Positions 40,901-55,900 of a stretch of 64,000 bases of DNA are shown in pieces. The stretch spans positions 46,756 to 110,755 of the forward strand of contig NMRA01000090.1 in assembly GCA_002633005.1 (NCBI GenBank). Reading direction: 5' to 3'. A model generated the notes under the pieces. It searched no databases. It had not been told where the DNA came from and saw only the letters and a program-made list of their open reading frames with translations. The stretch's first letter is position 1; each line of letters opens with the position of its first letter. Origin of the DNA: Phoronis australis (Eukaryota; Animalia; Phoronida). A program made the translations under genes and the position numbers.

Positions 40901-43900
40901 TGGACGTTTTGTTCGAGTAAGCTTGTGAACATACTGTCAAGATAAAGTGGTCAACTCGAACCAGTCTTCAGTTGCATTGATAGCTATTAGCACCGGTCCT
41001 TAACAACCTGCGCTCACTCACGCACCGCAAAAAATGTGACACAGTGTGGTATGTAAAGTCGTAGGGCAGCTGGTTAGCTTATTGTTAGTTAGTATCCTGT
41101 GTGTTGTGTGTGAAAGCAGAGGACAGCTGGTTACCTTATTGTTAGTAAGAATGCTTTTGTGGCGTGTGAAGGCACAGGTGGCTTCCCTACTGTTAGCGGA
41201 AATGCCAATGTGGTAGGTGAAGGCAGAAGGAAGCTGGCGTACCCAGGTGTTTGTGAGAATACTGTTGTGGCATGTGAAGACGATGCGGTATGTGAAGACG
41301 GTGTGGTATTTGAAGACGGAAAGCTAGTTACCCTGCTCTAGGACAATTGTTTACTTTTCTGGCTTATGTATGAATTATGTGCACTTGCTTGCTGTTGTAG
41401 GTTCACTCAACCTCAGTGGTGAACTTGATGACTATAATTACTTACGCAACAGTGGAGATGTCGTGGTGGATACAGTGGATGACAACAGAGATTTCCATGT
41501 TACAATGGTCAGTGGTCACAACCTTCACCCCTATGAGCTGAAAGTTCATGGCAATTGAAATTAAGTTATTATTTTCATTTCAGTGTTTTCATTACAGAGC
41601 TGTTTACCAATTGTTCAGTATTGTAACCGTTTCCAGAACAAAGCTCGTAGTACTCTGAATTTTTGCAAACAAGCTCTCCAAAATATGCTTACAGGCCTAT
41701 AGTCACAAAATTTTCTGCGTGTATACATGTGGACCTAGGCTGCTTTTGCAGGCACAATTAAGGTTTCCCAAAATGAGCATAGTCAATGAGTTTCAAACCA
41801 AAAATAGGCTTTTTGAGAAAATCTTTATATGTGCATTATGCTGTCATGCAAGTCCTTCCGGCATCTGTCCTTCCGGCATCTGTCCTTCCGGCGTACGTCT
41901 GGCGTCAGAACAACGTCCATCCGGCGTCAGAACGGCGTCCGTCTGGCATCCGCTGCCCTATATCCAAAACCCTTGGACATATGTTCATGAAATTTTGCAC
42001 ATTTTATCCTTTCATGGATGGGACGGTATGAGCAAATTTTCGGACGGATCTGAATACCAGTGTGCCCCCTAGTGGCAATTTTAGTTTTTTATGTTTACCT
42101 CAGTCTGTTTCTTCAAAGATCCTCAACGGATTATGAAATTTGACGTACAGGCATCTGTTGGTGAGGTGACGCTATCCTTTCGTTTTTGGATGGAATAAAG
42201 GTATTTTGTGCCACCTAGTGACCAATTTTACTGTTTTCGAGTCTGTTTTTGACATCCACCTCTGTCAACCAAACCATTCTAAGGACGATTTTAAAAATAG
42301 TGACTGTCGTATATGCTCTCAGTGTGAAGAGGACGGTTGCCGGTGATGACTTCCACTACTGTGGCGCCTCCTTGTAGTAGTTTTGTTTTGTTTTGCGCCC
42401 ATAGCTGTATCTCCAAAACCCACTGCACGATCTCTATTAAATTTACTAAGTATAATTATATGAAGCTGACAACAGCCGACGACTTTCAGGCAGGTACAAC
42501 GAATGCCGTGCCCCCTAGTGGCAATTTAATTTTTTTCCATTTACCCTTGTTTCACTGGAGTTCCTTGACAGATTTTTATGAGATTAGGTAAATAGCTTTC
42601 AATTAAAGAAGCAATGACATATTCCAGTTTTCAGATGGATTTGACGTTTTTGCGCCATCTAGTTGCCATTTTTGGGATGTAAATTAACAACCATAGAAGC
42701 ACACTGTTTGGGGTGCATTCGTGGGCACATTTCAAAGCTCAGCTTTTCTCTTGTTTCAGCATGTTTTCATAATGAATTGACAAAAAATTGTATTGTCATT
42801 GACCTAATTGCGAAATACTTGAGTTGAGATGTTTCTTCAAAAAACACATTTTTGAACATGGCACAGTGGCCTAAATCCGGGGATGTGCAGTTAAGAAGTT
42901 GTTACGTCTGTATGCTCCCAGAAATGACATTTTGAGGTGTCTTGCAGTCAGTATCTCATTTTGAGGGTCCATTTCATGAAACTGACTTCAGACAGAAATT
43001 CGGTCTTAAGCTCTCTCTTCACAGTTGCTGGATAAATGTTTAACCAAGTTATTGTGAGCACCTCACAGTCTAGAAATAATTTATAGAATTTATCCTAGTA
43101 GACAGTAGCAGTTATATGCATATTCTCATAGAGTTTGCCCTTTTGTTCAAGTTAAGGCTTTAACTATTTTACATAAGTAGATATGTGGAGCCAAAGACCA
43201 GATTTCTGTATTAAAGTCCTTATCTCATAGGGTAATCTCGTTCAAAAATATTTACCAAATAAGTAATATATAACATGTTATAATGCTCACCTCCATTTTG
43301 TTATCAAACTAAAAGCCTTTTTGAGCACAATTTTGTACCTCTGCCGAGATCAGAAAATCATCGACTATTCCTGTCTATTTTCATGACCTGTGCATCAGTT
43401 AAGGAACGATTCTTGAATGGCGGTCGTGTTGTCCTTGAAGATGTATTGATATCACTATGAGCGTAAATGCGTTGTTATTTTGTTTGAGTGTTTTTAATTC
43501 TCGTTTTGGTTCTCTTGATACAAAATTGACTTTTTACTGTGCGGATTTTGTTCCTTACATATGACGAGTGGTATGTATGCAGTCATTAGTTTGTGAAAAG
43601 GTGGCATCTCCCATAGCCAAGACTTGGTTACTGAGGTCGGCCCTGACTCATGGTGTGGGTATGTCAAATTTCAACAACAGTACCCATTCTGGATGTGAAT
43701 TAGAGGAAAACCCGTTCTAGATTAAGCGAATGTCAATCTTTATCTCCATATCGTGAAACTGAGCAATTGCTGGACGTGTGAGCACATTTCTGCGTACTTG
43801 GCAGCAAATTGGCATCAGCTTTACTGGCTGTTACAAATGCACGGCGATGTTTCAACAAATAAAAACATGTTTGATCTCGAAACAGAGTGCACTTCACTTC

Positions 43901-46900
43901 TGAATTGCAATAACACAGACCTGTGCGTGATTTTTGTTGCCTGGACAGAACAATCAGTGAAGTAATTTCACGACATTTGCTGTGTCACTTCGCCAGGAAA
44001 ATATTCACTAACTTGCTAGATTGGCATATGATTTACAATCTGTACCTCTGTTGTCTAATTATAAAAATTCGGGTGGAGTGTAGTATGTCAAATTGTTGTA
44101 TTTTTTAGTCTCTTTGTCACGTGACGTTCACCTTTTCAAGGCCCGTGGAGCTAAATAATGTGTTCATCTTGCACCGCGGAGCGCAGTGTCTTTGCTGGCC
44201 AGGCGACTTAGTAGCTTATACAAATATTTCAGACTGAATGGGAATTCTTTCTTTTACTTTAAACTTTTTTTACATTTGTGGCACTATACCAGGTTTTCTT
44301 TCTGGAGTTATTTTTGCCACCAGTTGGTATTCCGTCATTCATTTTTGGCCGTCATTCTACAAGTTCTTGGAGACCATCAGTATCTTAGTTTTCCTTGTCT
44401 ATCGATATTTTCGCAAGTTTATTCATCAAGATATTCTAACTGTAAAGCAATTTTATTCTTAATTATTTTGAATATTATTCCTGACCATGTTCATTGTTAT
44501 GTTTATACTGTTTCCCAGTCAGGGTTAATTACTTCCAGTAAAACATTTTTAGCCCAGTTCCAATAGTCGGCCTTATTATTCGAACATTCCTTGATGAATC
44601 TCACTTCCAACTTAGTGGCAAATCTAAATTGGCGAATTACCACTCAGTTCCAGTTCGTGACAAGTAAGGATTTTTATGAACTTTTGCATACGGATTTTGT
44701 GAGGATTAACCTGTAGGTACTGGTGGCTTCGTTATAACATGTCTTAACCTAAAAACATTGTGCTACTAGATCTTTAAGTGTTTAATAATTTTTCATGAAG
44801 CAGACCCCTGGTCCTTCCGTCTGTTCATCGTACCAGTCCATTTGTCCATCTGTCTTTGCTTTTCATTAATTCCATTAAAAATCTCTTGGCGAATTTTGAT
44901 GGAATTAGACACAGGGATATATGGTTGTGACAGTAGCATTTGATTTGTGCTTGGACTTGGCTTCCATAGCACTTCCCTGTGTCCATTTTGTGTTAAAATC
45001 TTGCCAACTTAGGACACAATATGGCGGACTATTAAAATTCATAAAGGATTAGTTGCATCAAATCAATACTTTGCTAATTTAAAATTTTGCACCATAGCTA
45101 CCATCAAACAATATTTTTGAAAAGCTATGACCATTCACAACATTGTTAGAAGCAATGTAAAATGAAAATTGGACAATTTTGGCAGTTTTTCATGATACCT
45201 TTTTGTTCATTATTATTGTTGTTGAAACTGTTTGACAGATTTTGGTGAAACAGGACCTTGGTCTTTTTGCTGGGATATGTCACAGCATTTGATTTTCAGC
45301 TTTGATGTCATATTGATCAAATTAGTCCAGTTGTATTCCATGAAATTAGTAAAACCTCTTAGAACCATAGTTTTTTGTTGTGGTGGGCACATTTCAGTAC
45401 TCATTACTCTTGTTGTTATACTAACATATCTGGAGATTTTGCTCGTTTTTCTGTATTTCAACTGCTCCCATATTCCTTGTGATTACGCTTAACACTTAGT
45501 TGATGTATTACAGCGAGCACTAGAGGTGATTGGTTTCACACCTCAGGAAATTTCTGCCATCCTCCAGTTGGTGGCTGCCATCTTGTTGCTGGGAAATGTG
45601 GAGTTTGAGCATGACACGGGCCTTGATGGAACAGACATGGCCAAAATGACACATAACTTGAGTAAGTCTTGGGAGCATTTTGTGTCCACAGTTGGCATGG
45701 TGATACTCTACCAAAAATTAAAAGTAAAATTGCTGATGTCCCCGAGGTGAACAGCAGTGTAACCAATGCTGTTTGCATCTGGAATTTTGTTTAATTTGAT
45801 GGCATGCTGTTTTTATCATCACAATTTTAAACAATTGACTAACATCTTAACAAAAATGTTGTTTAGTATTCAGTGACTTCATGCAGTAGCTGTCAAGCTT
45901 TTTCTCATTTGAGACTTGTGTGAAGTAGACTCTGTTACTTATCAGATGTACTGTTAAACATTTAACTGGAAATAAAACATAATAACTAAAGGCAGTTCCA
46001 CATTAATCTGGCATTTTTTCTAGCCCACTGCAGTAAGAGTTTACTATGTGCCCCAAATACAAAATAAGCTCAGCTCATAGCTCACATTTGTATAGCAAGG
46101 AACTGCAAATATTTTGCCTTCTGAGGCAGTGAGAGAAATGTAACGTAACGAGCGTAAATCCTTACAACATGCAGATGAGGTGAGTTAAGTTTTTGTCCAG
46201 TTACAATCTGTAGCCAATGACAATTAATTGTTTGCATATGCTCGCAGATTGTAATCATGTGTGCTACATTTATGCTGTTAATTATCAACGTGGTTTACAG
46301 GTCAGTGAGCATTTTACCTGGCTGTGTGTGGGTAACAATGACTTGAGGTACAGAGCTCAGCTCATAGATTTCCTTCTGTGCTGGCCCTAAACAGGAAGTG
46401 GTGTCAAAAAAGCTTTTATGTTTTTTCTGCACATTTTGGGCTTACGTTGTTGTACAGTTACATGACTTTGTATATTTATGTGTTGATACTCAGTTGATGT
46501 TACTTTGGACTTTCCCACAATTCCACTGTCCTTCAAGTTGTTTGGGAAGTTGAGTGTTGTGTTTTTGCTATGGCATTCTTGTTGATTTTTTTTCCCTTAA
46601 ATTGCCTGTCATGGTACCTGTAGTTAGTACAATGATGAATCCCATGGCTTATGGGCTGTAAATGGAGTCTAAGCTGGCCGCAGAGGCCATCTGTTTGTAA
46701 TGCATCATTGCTAGCTCATATCAGTGCCTTGTCTTCCGCTTCTGTGTTGTCACTCTCTGGTTGGCTTTACCATGCAGGTTTGAAGAACATCTGTGACCTT
46801 CTTCAGTGTTCTGAGAGCGATCTCATCAATGCCTTGACCAAGAAAACAGTGGAAGCGAAAGGTGAAAAGATGCAAGTCAATCTTTCTGGCACTGAGGTGA

Positions 46901-49900
46901 GTGAGACTTTGGATGCATTACATTTAAATAGGATGGTCTCTTCAGTTAATTATGCTGATCCTTGTGACTCAAATGTGTTTACGTGTATTGTGTGAAGGAT
47001 CGTCAATTTATTAAGGTTATACAAGCCCCTCATTAAAGATTCATCTTCATCTTGTATCATTGAAGTAACTACCTAGCTGTCAAGCCATTTCCGAATCTAG
47101 GAATCAATACAAATCAGATTCTATAGACATGTAATTCACAACACTGTCATTCTTGTGGTCACCATCAATATTAAGTCACATGACCATGTCTTTAGTAAAG
47201 TTTTGCTAAAAAGAAAGGAAGGTACATTCAAAGACAACCAATGGTATAAATAACGTGGGTGAATATCTTAAAATTGATTGTATACTCATTAGATATACTT
47301 GCTTTGCCATGCACGGATATGTCGGGCACAAATTGTCATATGACTGTATAGCTATACTTACCTTGCCTTGTATGGATATTATGTATGGCATAAAATGTCA
47401 CATGACTGTGGCAAGTGTGTCACTGCCTTGGGAACAGGTAAATAAAGCCGGAGTTTGGCTCTTAAGACAGTAAAAAAAGAGATTCTTTTGAAAAACAAAT
47501 TTGTTGTAGCGCGGAATAGGAGTCTGTGTATGATTGTGGTCTTGGTAAGTATCAATTTTCAACAACGCGGCTGTTTTCGATGTACTGGTGCTGAAGACTC
47601 TAACAGATTATGATATTCCAGGGTACGACCACAACTGAACTGTGACTCAAAACTGAAGCAGTTTCTGCATCGTCCCTTTACCGTTTTGAAAATTAGTTGT
47701 GTGCTGTCCCAGGAAGTAGGTGCTTAATCCAAAATTTTCTAAAGTAGGGGGTGGTGGCTTATCTCAGCAGTTTTGTTTGTTTTGTCATGTTTGGGTAGTG
47801 AGATGTCTTGTTTACTCTTTCTGAAGGTGTTTAAATGGCTGTTTTCTTCTTTTTTGTTTTTCATCTTCTTTTTCTTGTTAACTTAAAGCAGTTATTAAGA
47901 CATGCTCTGTCACAAAAAGCAATTGTATTTACACCACTTAATATAACCAAGTCTGTCTCAAATTGTTTCTTAGTCAAATGGATGTGCTTTCTGGGCTTGA
48001 AAAACCACTTGTCTGATAGTTTGTTTTTTGCTTGAGACTAGGCTCTACATGTCGACTGTACAGCGTTTCATGTTATTTGTCGAGCATGTTCTCTAGAAAT
48101 AACGAATTGTCAATTCTTTATAAGACCAAAAATCACTGCTCACCTGACTAAAGAACAAGTTGAGACCAATTTTATAGAGGAAAGCGATGTAAATAAAAAC
48201 TTTGTTCCTTCGACGAAGTTTTATAGCCTGTAAAAGTGTCTAAGAGAACAGTCAGAAAGTGGTGAATTGTAAACTATAGCTGTAGTTTGCAGTAATTAGT
48301 AAAATATTCTTCTGACAAAAAGATTTGGATTACCATACATGTTGGATGCCTTGTAACTTTGCTGTGGGTTATTCACATAAGCTATAAAGTGTGTTTTGTA
48401 ACATTATGGTCATCTCTTCACTCTTGTTTCAAAATAATTGAAAGGCTCATTATTTGGTGGTTCTGCTCAATTTTGTACCAATTTTTTTATGATAGCTCTC
48501 CAACTCAGACCATGGTACTGACCATGTAAATCACATTTAATTATTATTTTTTGTGTTTCAAGTAAATATTCATACCAGAATAATCATAACCTCTCTTTGG
48601 TAGGTGCTAATAAAGTGTTAATTTCACCGTTTCTCTATTCTATTTCAGGCCACTTATGCTCGAGATGCCCTTTGTAAAGCTATATACGCCAGTCTGTTCT
48701 CCTGGCTTGTGTCACGTATCAACAAGAGTATCTGTGTCGAAACAACAGGTCACCGCAAGGTTATGGGTGTGCTAGATATTTACGGATTTGAAATACTCGA
48801 AGTGAGTGGGGTGCTCTTCAGATATTTGTGTATACTTTTCACCTGTATCTCTGACATTTCTGCAAACGGTGGTGGCTTTTTCTTGGTGTTGCCAACAAAG
48901 TTTTGGTTAGAATTCAGTTGAGATTTTGAATGTGCCTTCCAGATACCAGCTACTGAAAAAAGGTGGGATAAAGTTGACAGACATCGGACCGTTTACAATG
49001 ATGTTAAGCCCTTCGCCTTCTTGACATCAATCAAGGGCTAGAAAATGCAGAGCAATTTTGTTAGGTTAATTTTGAACTGAACAGAATCTTCTTTCTTAAA
49101 AATACCTGTTCAATTCTGGTGCTTTTAAATGCTTGAAATTGTGAATATATCCATGGCCATACCGGACATCGATGGTTTCCAACGTGATGTGAGAAAAGTG
49201 TTCCTGACATTCCAAAAAGAGGCAATTAAAACAACACACCTTCGAGACAAAGAGTTCTGTTGTTGTGTAATCCGGGAGGATCCTATTGAGCTTTTACAAT
49301 CTTTCAGTGAGTCCTACTCATAAAATGCCATACAAGTGGACATAAAATTAATTAAATTAAATTATTGTTAGTAGCTACGACCATGCAACTCATTGTAAAC
49401 TGCTAATCTGCTGAGCATTGACAGTTGTCTGGGTAAGATCTCATGATGTTGTGTTTTTTGAGAAAGACGCGTCCATAGCAATTGTCATCATTTACTGTAC
49501 ACATCATCATGATCGTTTTTCACCATTCAAATTTGGCAGGTGTTGCTATCTTGAGGGCATTTGTAATTGTGCTTTTAGTTGACTGTCCTCTGGTACTCAG
49601 TGAGGTAAAGTCTTTTGCTTGGTTGGGTATCTTTTTATTCTTAATTATGATTAATAAAAGTAGCACAGAAACAGTCACTTATGTTTGATCAGATCAATGG
49701 TATGTTGTTATATTGCAGATCAATGGTATGTTGTTACATTGCAGATCAATGGTATGTTCACTTGTTACATTGCAGAAAAACAGTTTTGAACAGTTCATAA
49801 TAAACTACTGTAATGAAAAGCTCCAGCAGATATTCATTGAGATGACATTAAAAGACGAGCAGGCAGAGTATATTAAGGAAGGCATTGAATGGATTCATGT

Positions 49901-52900
49901 GGATTACTTCAACAACACTGTCATCTGTGAGCTGATTGAAAAGGTTTGTGCTTTATATGACTGGAAATTAATGAAAGTTTAAAGCGGAAGGCTTAGGAAA
50001 TATTTCTGCGTGAAAGCGGTGCTAATTGCCCATAAAATTCCATGAATCATTGGTTGACATGGATGCGCATGTGTGTCTGTACATATGATACACCGTGTTG
50101 ACTGTGTTCCACAGATTGTAACTTTCCTTAGTGCGATTTCAACCATCTATAGGCTGGCTTAAATAAAGTTCCAATATCCCGTCTATTTGGACTTTTGATA
50201 TAAAATACACCGATTTGTAAAAAAGACCACATAGCTGTAGAGTTGGTCTTGACTTGTACCTTTCTCAAGTGATATCTGAGCTTCTTTAGAACTTACAAGA
50301 TGTTGTTAAATCCTGAAGTTGGAATTCACAGGTGGTTCGATGGTCACTAGATAAAATATTTTTAATTTCTGTGTGTTTGGGTACCAACTTTGCATGAATT
50401 CCTGAAATAATAGAAAAGATTGGGAAATGCATTTCCATCCTAATCTTCTCCTTTTCTTCTTTAATTCACACAAAATTTTAAGACACTTGAAATATTTTTA
50501 TTGCCGTCAAATAGATGCAGATGTATTCATTTGATAATTAAATTTCCTACTATAACAACTGCTGGTCATGGCTTTCTTCAGTGCACACTTCATTTGAATA
50601 AATTTTGTTTTAAATTAAATAATTCATCTCCAAGGGAATTGTCATTCTTGCCTTGAATTCCAGCTTCAAATGAATGGTTATTTTTTGGCATTTCACATTT
50701 TTATTGATTACCTACACAGTCACATTAATATCATTTTTGTTGCATTGTACGCATTACTGTCATCAGTTTTTCTGCTGACATGAAAATATTTGTATTTTAC
50801 AATAATTTTTAATTAAAAGTCAAACTATATTTTTTATTTCCACCATTGGGACTGGCAAAATATTTGAGCTTTTACTGTGCCGGTTGCTAGCCAGACTTAT
50901 CAAAATTTCAGATTCCAACCTATGCTTGATTTGAAATCACAATTGCTGTATTGAGAATTTCAATCAAATGGCACAATTCGACCCCACCTGCCTTCCTATC
51001 CATTGTTGACTTGAGAAATACAAACAGCTCACTGTTTTGGTCCAAACTTAAGTTAGTAATTTGCAATGTAGAGTCTAGTTTTGGTCTGCCAGAATCTTAA
51101 TAACTCTCGGCTAATTTTACAAATTGCACAAAATTCTTTCATAGTCCGTCAAGAAGCAGGCAACTTTACTTCAAATGACGCTAGCTCAATTATCTTCAGC
51201 CATGAAATTCTAGGAGGGGCAATAGCTATTTGTCAATTGTATGGGACAGAAGATATGGTTGAAGAACTTCTCTTTAAGAAAAAAGCTGCAAAAAGTAATT
51301 ATGGAGTCCTGTAATATTGCTGACAGTTGTTGGACAAAAACATGAAAACACCCAGTTGAACACATGAATCTATACTATAATATCGGCCAGTACCTGTATG
51401 GGAAACTTGAGTGGATTTTTTTTCTAAAAATTGCTCATTTCACATATAGGCGTGGAACTAAGTATGCGTATACACAGCAACGCTATAAATATATCTCTGC
51501 AAGATGCTGCTCGATTGATTTTAAAATGACACAGTGTTTGTAATTGACGATAAACAGTCTTAACATTTTAAGTGTGTTATAAGAGTGACTGCACGAGAAA
51601 TTAGGCAAAAGTGGGAACATGACATCACAGATTTTTTGACATGTAGCTTGTTTGTTCACCTAAGTGGAATGATTAATAACTGGCATATTAATAGTTTTGA
51701 AAAATTATCGGTTTCTGCAAAATTGGCCCCCTTGCATTTTGAAGATAAAATCTGATGAGTGATGACGCCAATTTTAGCAAATTTTAGACGACTGTTGCAA
51801 AATACCAGTACAAGAAAGCTAATTAACATTTCTAGGGTGAATGTTTCTATCCTAGTGTCACGGGTTTGCGTTTCATAAATAAATAATAAGACCAGCGACT
51901 CAAGTTCAGTCATATATTGTACTTATACCAACGGTCACTCTTCCCAAACTCTTAGATTCAAGATTGACTCAAACGACGAGGTCTCCAGAAAACCCCCATG
52001 GATATTTGCCTATCAATGACTAGCCAACAAATAGCTTCAAGTAGGCGTCACAATGGACATCAGAATATGAATAGTAACTCGCGCTAATGGGTGAGAGCGT
52101 GTTCCGCCACACTAGATTAGTCAAGATACACAAAAACTTAATGTAAATTTTGTTGCAAGTCCTTCCTTTCAAACGGGTTTTAACCCTGGTTCTCGAGGGA
52201 TTATCTCACTGAGAATATAGGCTACGTTCAAACACGTGTGTACAGAGCACACAACATTCCACAGATTAATGTACACCACATTGGAAAGAGGGTTCTTTGG
52301 TGTAGCAGCTGAACAGATGTAAATTTTTCCATGGATTGTAACCTGTGCAGCCTGTGGCCACCAACTAAACATAACTACTGTTACCTAATGTGCGCTGGAC
52401 GGCAGGCGATGCGCTGGTTGTGATTTTCACGGCAAAATATCTAAAATTGCTTTCTAGTCAATAAACAAACTTGAAATACTTTAGGTAAACCACTTGAAAA
52501 TTAACCTTTGCGCTGGATGCAAAGCCAAAATTGATAGGGCGAATTCCACATTTGAAAGATTTTCTTGTCAAAATTCCAAAGAATATATTAATTGTTCTGC
52601 ACAGAATTACATTTCTTTACTCATTGAATAGAGCGTGATGTCTCAAGAGATGAACTACTCTCCTAAGGTTCTCTTCTGCCTACTGGGTTGGTTTGTTTCT
52701 GCTGGGCTGCCAGTCTTGTTTAGAGGTTGGCCACTCATCTGTCCGGTGGCAGTTCTCTCCTTAAAGATTGCCCGGCGTTGTCATTTGTCCTTTTGGAACA
52801 CCTTGTTCATTTCAGTGCCCAGCCCATGCTGAGAGTGGTTTTGCCTGGAGCTCACGCTGCTGGTAGCACCACAACAGCTGTAATGTGGGCTCAGTAAAAC

Positions 52901-55900
52901 CGGTGCATATCCAACAATATCCGTAATTCTCAAAAAAAAAAAACGCCCATGAAATCAAGTCATTGAAAAATGAGGTTATCAGCGCACACCTCACATGGGT
53001 CCGAGAAGGAAAAAGTGATCCGCTATTTGTACTTATTAACTAATAGATGACGTGTGCAGTGAGTCTAGTGTTTGCACAATTAGTTAACCCTCTCTGAACA
53101 AAGAAAACATTTGCCAACTGTTCATCAGCCGATTATTACATATGTGTCGCCAGTCAGTTAACCATATTTTGTAATTAATTGTGCATAGATTACAATTCGG
53201 TGATTTTTGTATTTTAGTTCCTCACCAGCTACTCAGTGTTTTGCAAACCATGGTTTGCTGCATGAACATCAAAACCCATGACATTATAGTTTGCAACATG
53301 GCGACTTACTTCAATCTGTACATACCTTTGCATACACCATAGGCACAGAACTAACTGAAGGAAGTAGTACGAAGGCCATTACAGTAACGTAGAAGCACAG
53401 CAAATCAAGATATACGTAGATGCACCAGAAGTCTGGCATGGTTCACAATCTCGCCAGGATGTGGCACAAGTGTCGACTGCTGTGATTGGCTGTTACTTAA
53501 CCTTCAATCAGGACTATTCATGGTTTGACCATGATTGAATGCTAAGCAGCAGTGAGATTGTGAACCTTGCCAGAGCTGCGCATTATCATGTGCGTATATT
53601 GTATACTAGACTAACTGAAGGTACAAATATGTTCTAATAGATCGGAATAAGCTCTAGTTTTCAAGAGTCAAGATTTAGTTGGAACATTTTGCCAAATATA
53701 ATATAAATATAAAAGGAAATGCTCAAAATTCGAGAATTTGATTGCAAAACATGTCAGAACTTACAGTCCAGATTTACCAGTGCAGTGACCAGTGTCAGAT
53801 TACCTGAACCAATCCATACATGTACACGAGACCGCCTGAAAATGTCCCTTGAAGTCTGTAAATTTAGTGGTCTACTGGAGACTTTCTCAAAAATGTACAG
53901 TCTGCTGAGATACAGCTCGATCATCTGTCAGTTGCCAATCTGAATTTACCATTCTGATGGAAGTTCTTGAGATACTACTCCATGCTGTTTCGTCAACTGA
54001 GCACAGGCAACAACTCGACGTTTTGATGAACATGAAAAGAGCTGCACGACAAGTCTTTCTGGAACGAGCAACGAACCTGTTGATACTCCACCATTGTCGC
54101 TGAAGAATGTGACCTAGTTTTTACTGGGTTAGAAGACCTTTTTATAAGCCTTTTTATAAGTGACGAAAATTAAATAATGCAGTGCTGATGTGCGATACCT
54201 ATCACAAACACCACAACAGCTGGCCATTTTTTACATGAAAGCTTCAAAAATCGTTGAGCAGTGAAACTTGAACAGCTTATGTGTCCCTTTTTGGCAGCAT
54301 TGATCTCTAGATAACAGTGTCAACTGCCTTCACATTACAAGAATTTGGACTGCGGACGAAAAAACCTGTATCCACGGAGATAAAAGTGGGCTGAAATTTT
54401 AAAGGCTCTATTCAGTGTTGCGTAGGGTTTTGACAAGACCTCTGAATTGAGCTTGTGCTCTCAATCAGAAGAAGAGGTAAACGAATCCAAGTAAAACATA
54501 AATCATACAAAAACTAAATGATTTACGTTAACTTTGATCTGTGGTGAATTGAGATGCATCAATGCAAATAGTGGTGTGTTCTTTGGTTTTTGTTCTGGTA
54601 TTTATTTGAAGATTTTTATTAAACCTGTAACTTGGCAAATTTTCTGAGCAAGAGTGGCGACATAGTTGAGACGAATTGCTTGTTTTTGTTTTGTTTTTTG
54701 TAAAGAGAGTCTTGACACAACAAATTTTCATTTTTTGGAGCTAGGTTTACCCAATAGATTATAGTAGGACACCAATTTCAAAATTTGTGACGAGTCTTGT
54801 TCCCAGATTACTGCTTTTTGCCGGAATTTATCCAAGCGGGCACTCATCAGACATATTGTTTACTGTTTTGTTATGACTGTTTGCTCTTCCTTTAGTTATT
54901 TTGTCAGTGTTAAAGAACCTTAACTTCTACAAACTGTCAAAATTATTCAGAACTAGATCAGTTATTGCGGACAAATGCAATTTCCTTTTTGTTAAAATTT
55001 TGTACAAAAATAACTTTTAAGGAAACTTTAATCGATTGTTAGCATGGTGTGTGGTAAAGATGTTACCAAAGATAATTCAGAAAAACTTTGAGCATTTAAT
55101 AGTCATTGATATTGTAAGCTTATGGAAATTATAGAACTTTACATCTGGTGTGGTTATCCACAATCTATCGATTGATTGATTGAGTTATTGATTTAAATCA
55201 GTATTACAGCAGCAGAACTTGATCATTCTCGCTTCAGAGCAACGTGGGTATTCTAGCAATGTTGGACGAAGAGTGTCTGCGTCCAGGCCATGTGTCTGAC
55301 TTGACTCTCCTGACAAAACTGAATGAGACGTGTTGTGCACATGAGCATTATGAGAGCCGTGGCTGTAAGAAGAATCAGTCGGATAAGTCACTGGCACACG
55401 ACACATTTCGACTGGTGCACTATGCTGGATCTGTGAGTAGATGAAGATTTTACATCTAGACATCTTTTGTGACTTCGTCACCGTCATGATAACCAAGAAT
55501 AATATTTAATGGTTTGCTTTTTGTAGCGTGATTGTTTTTGTTTTTTTTTTTGCTTCTCATCAGCTAAGGTTGATTCGTTGATTTGAACTTGAAATCTGAT
55601 TAGTGGTAAAATATTCTGTTGTTGAAAGTCAATTATGTTGGAGGTTTTAGTCAATGAGATTTGATAGGTACCATGTTGAAGTGTTTGTGCAAGACAATAC
55701 TTAATCAGGTCATGTGCGAATGGCACCCTACGGATCACTAGCTGATGATGGAAAACTTACTAAGATGGTACTTTTACACCGAAATGTGCATATAAAACGA
55801 GTTGTGTCTAATTGGACATACCTGTATGGTACATATTTGTTTGCAGTGTGCTGCATCTTAGAAAATGCAAGGTTTGTTTACACTAGATTAGATCCTAACT

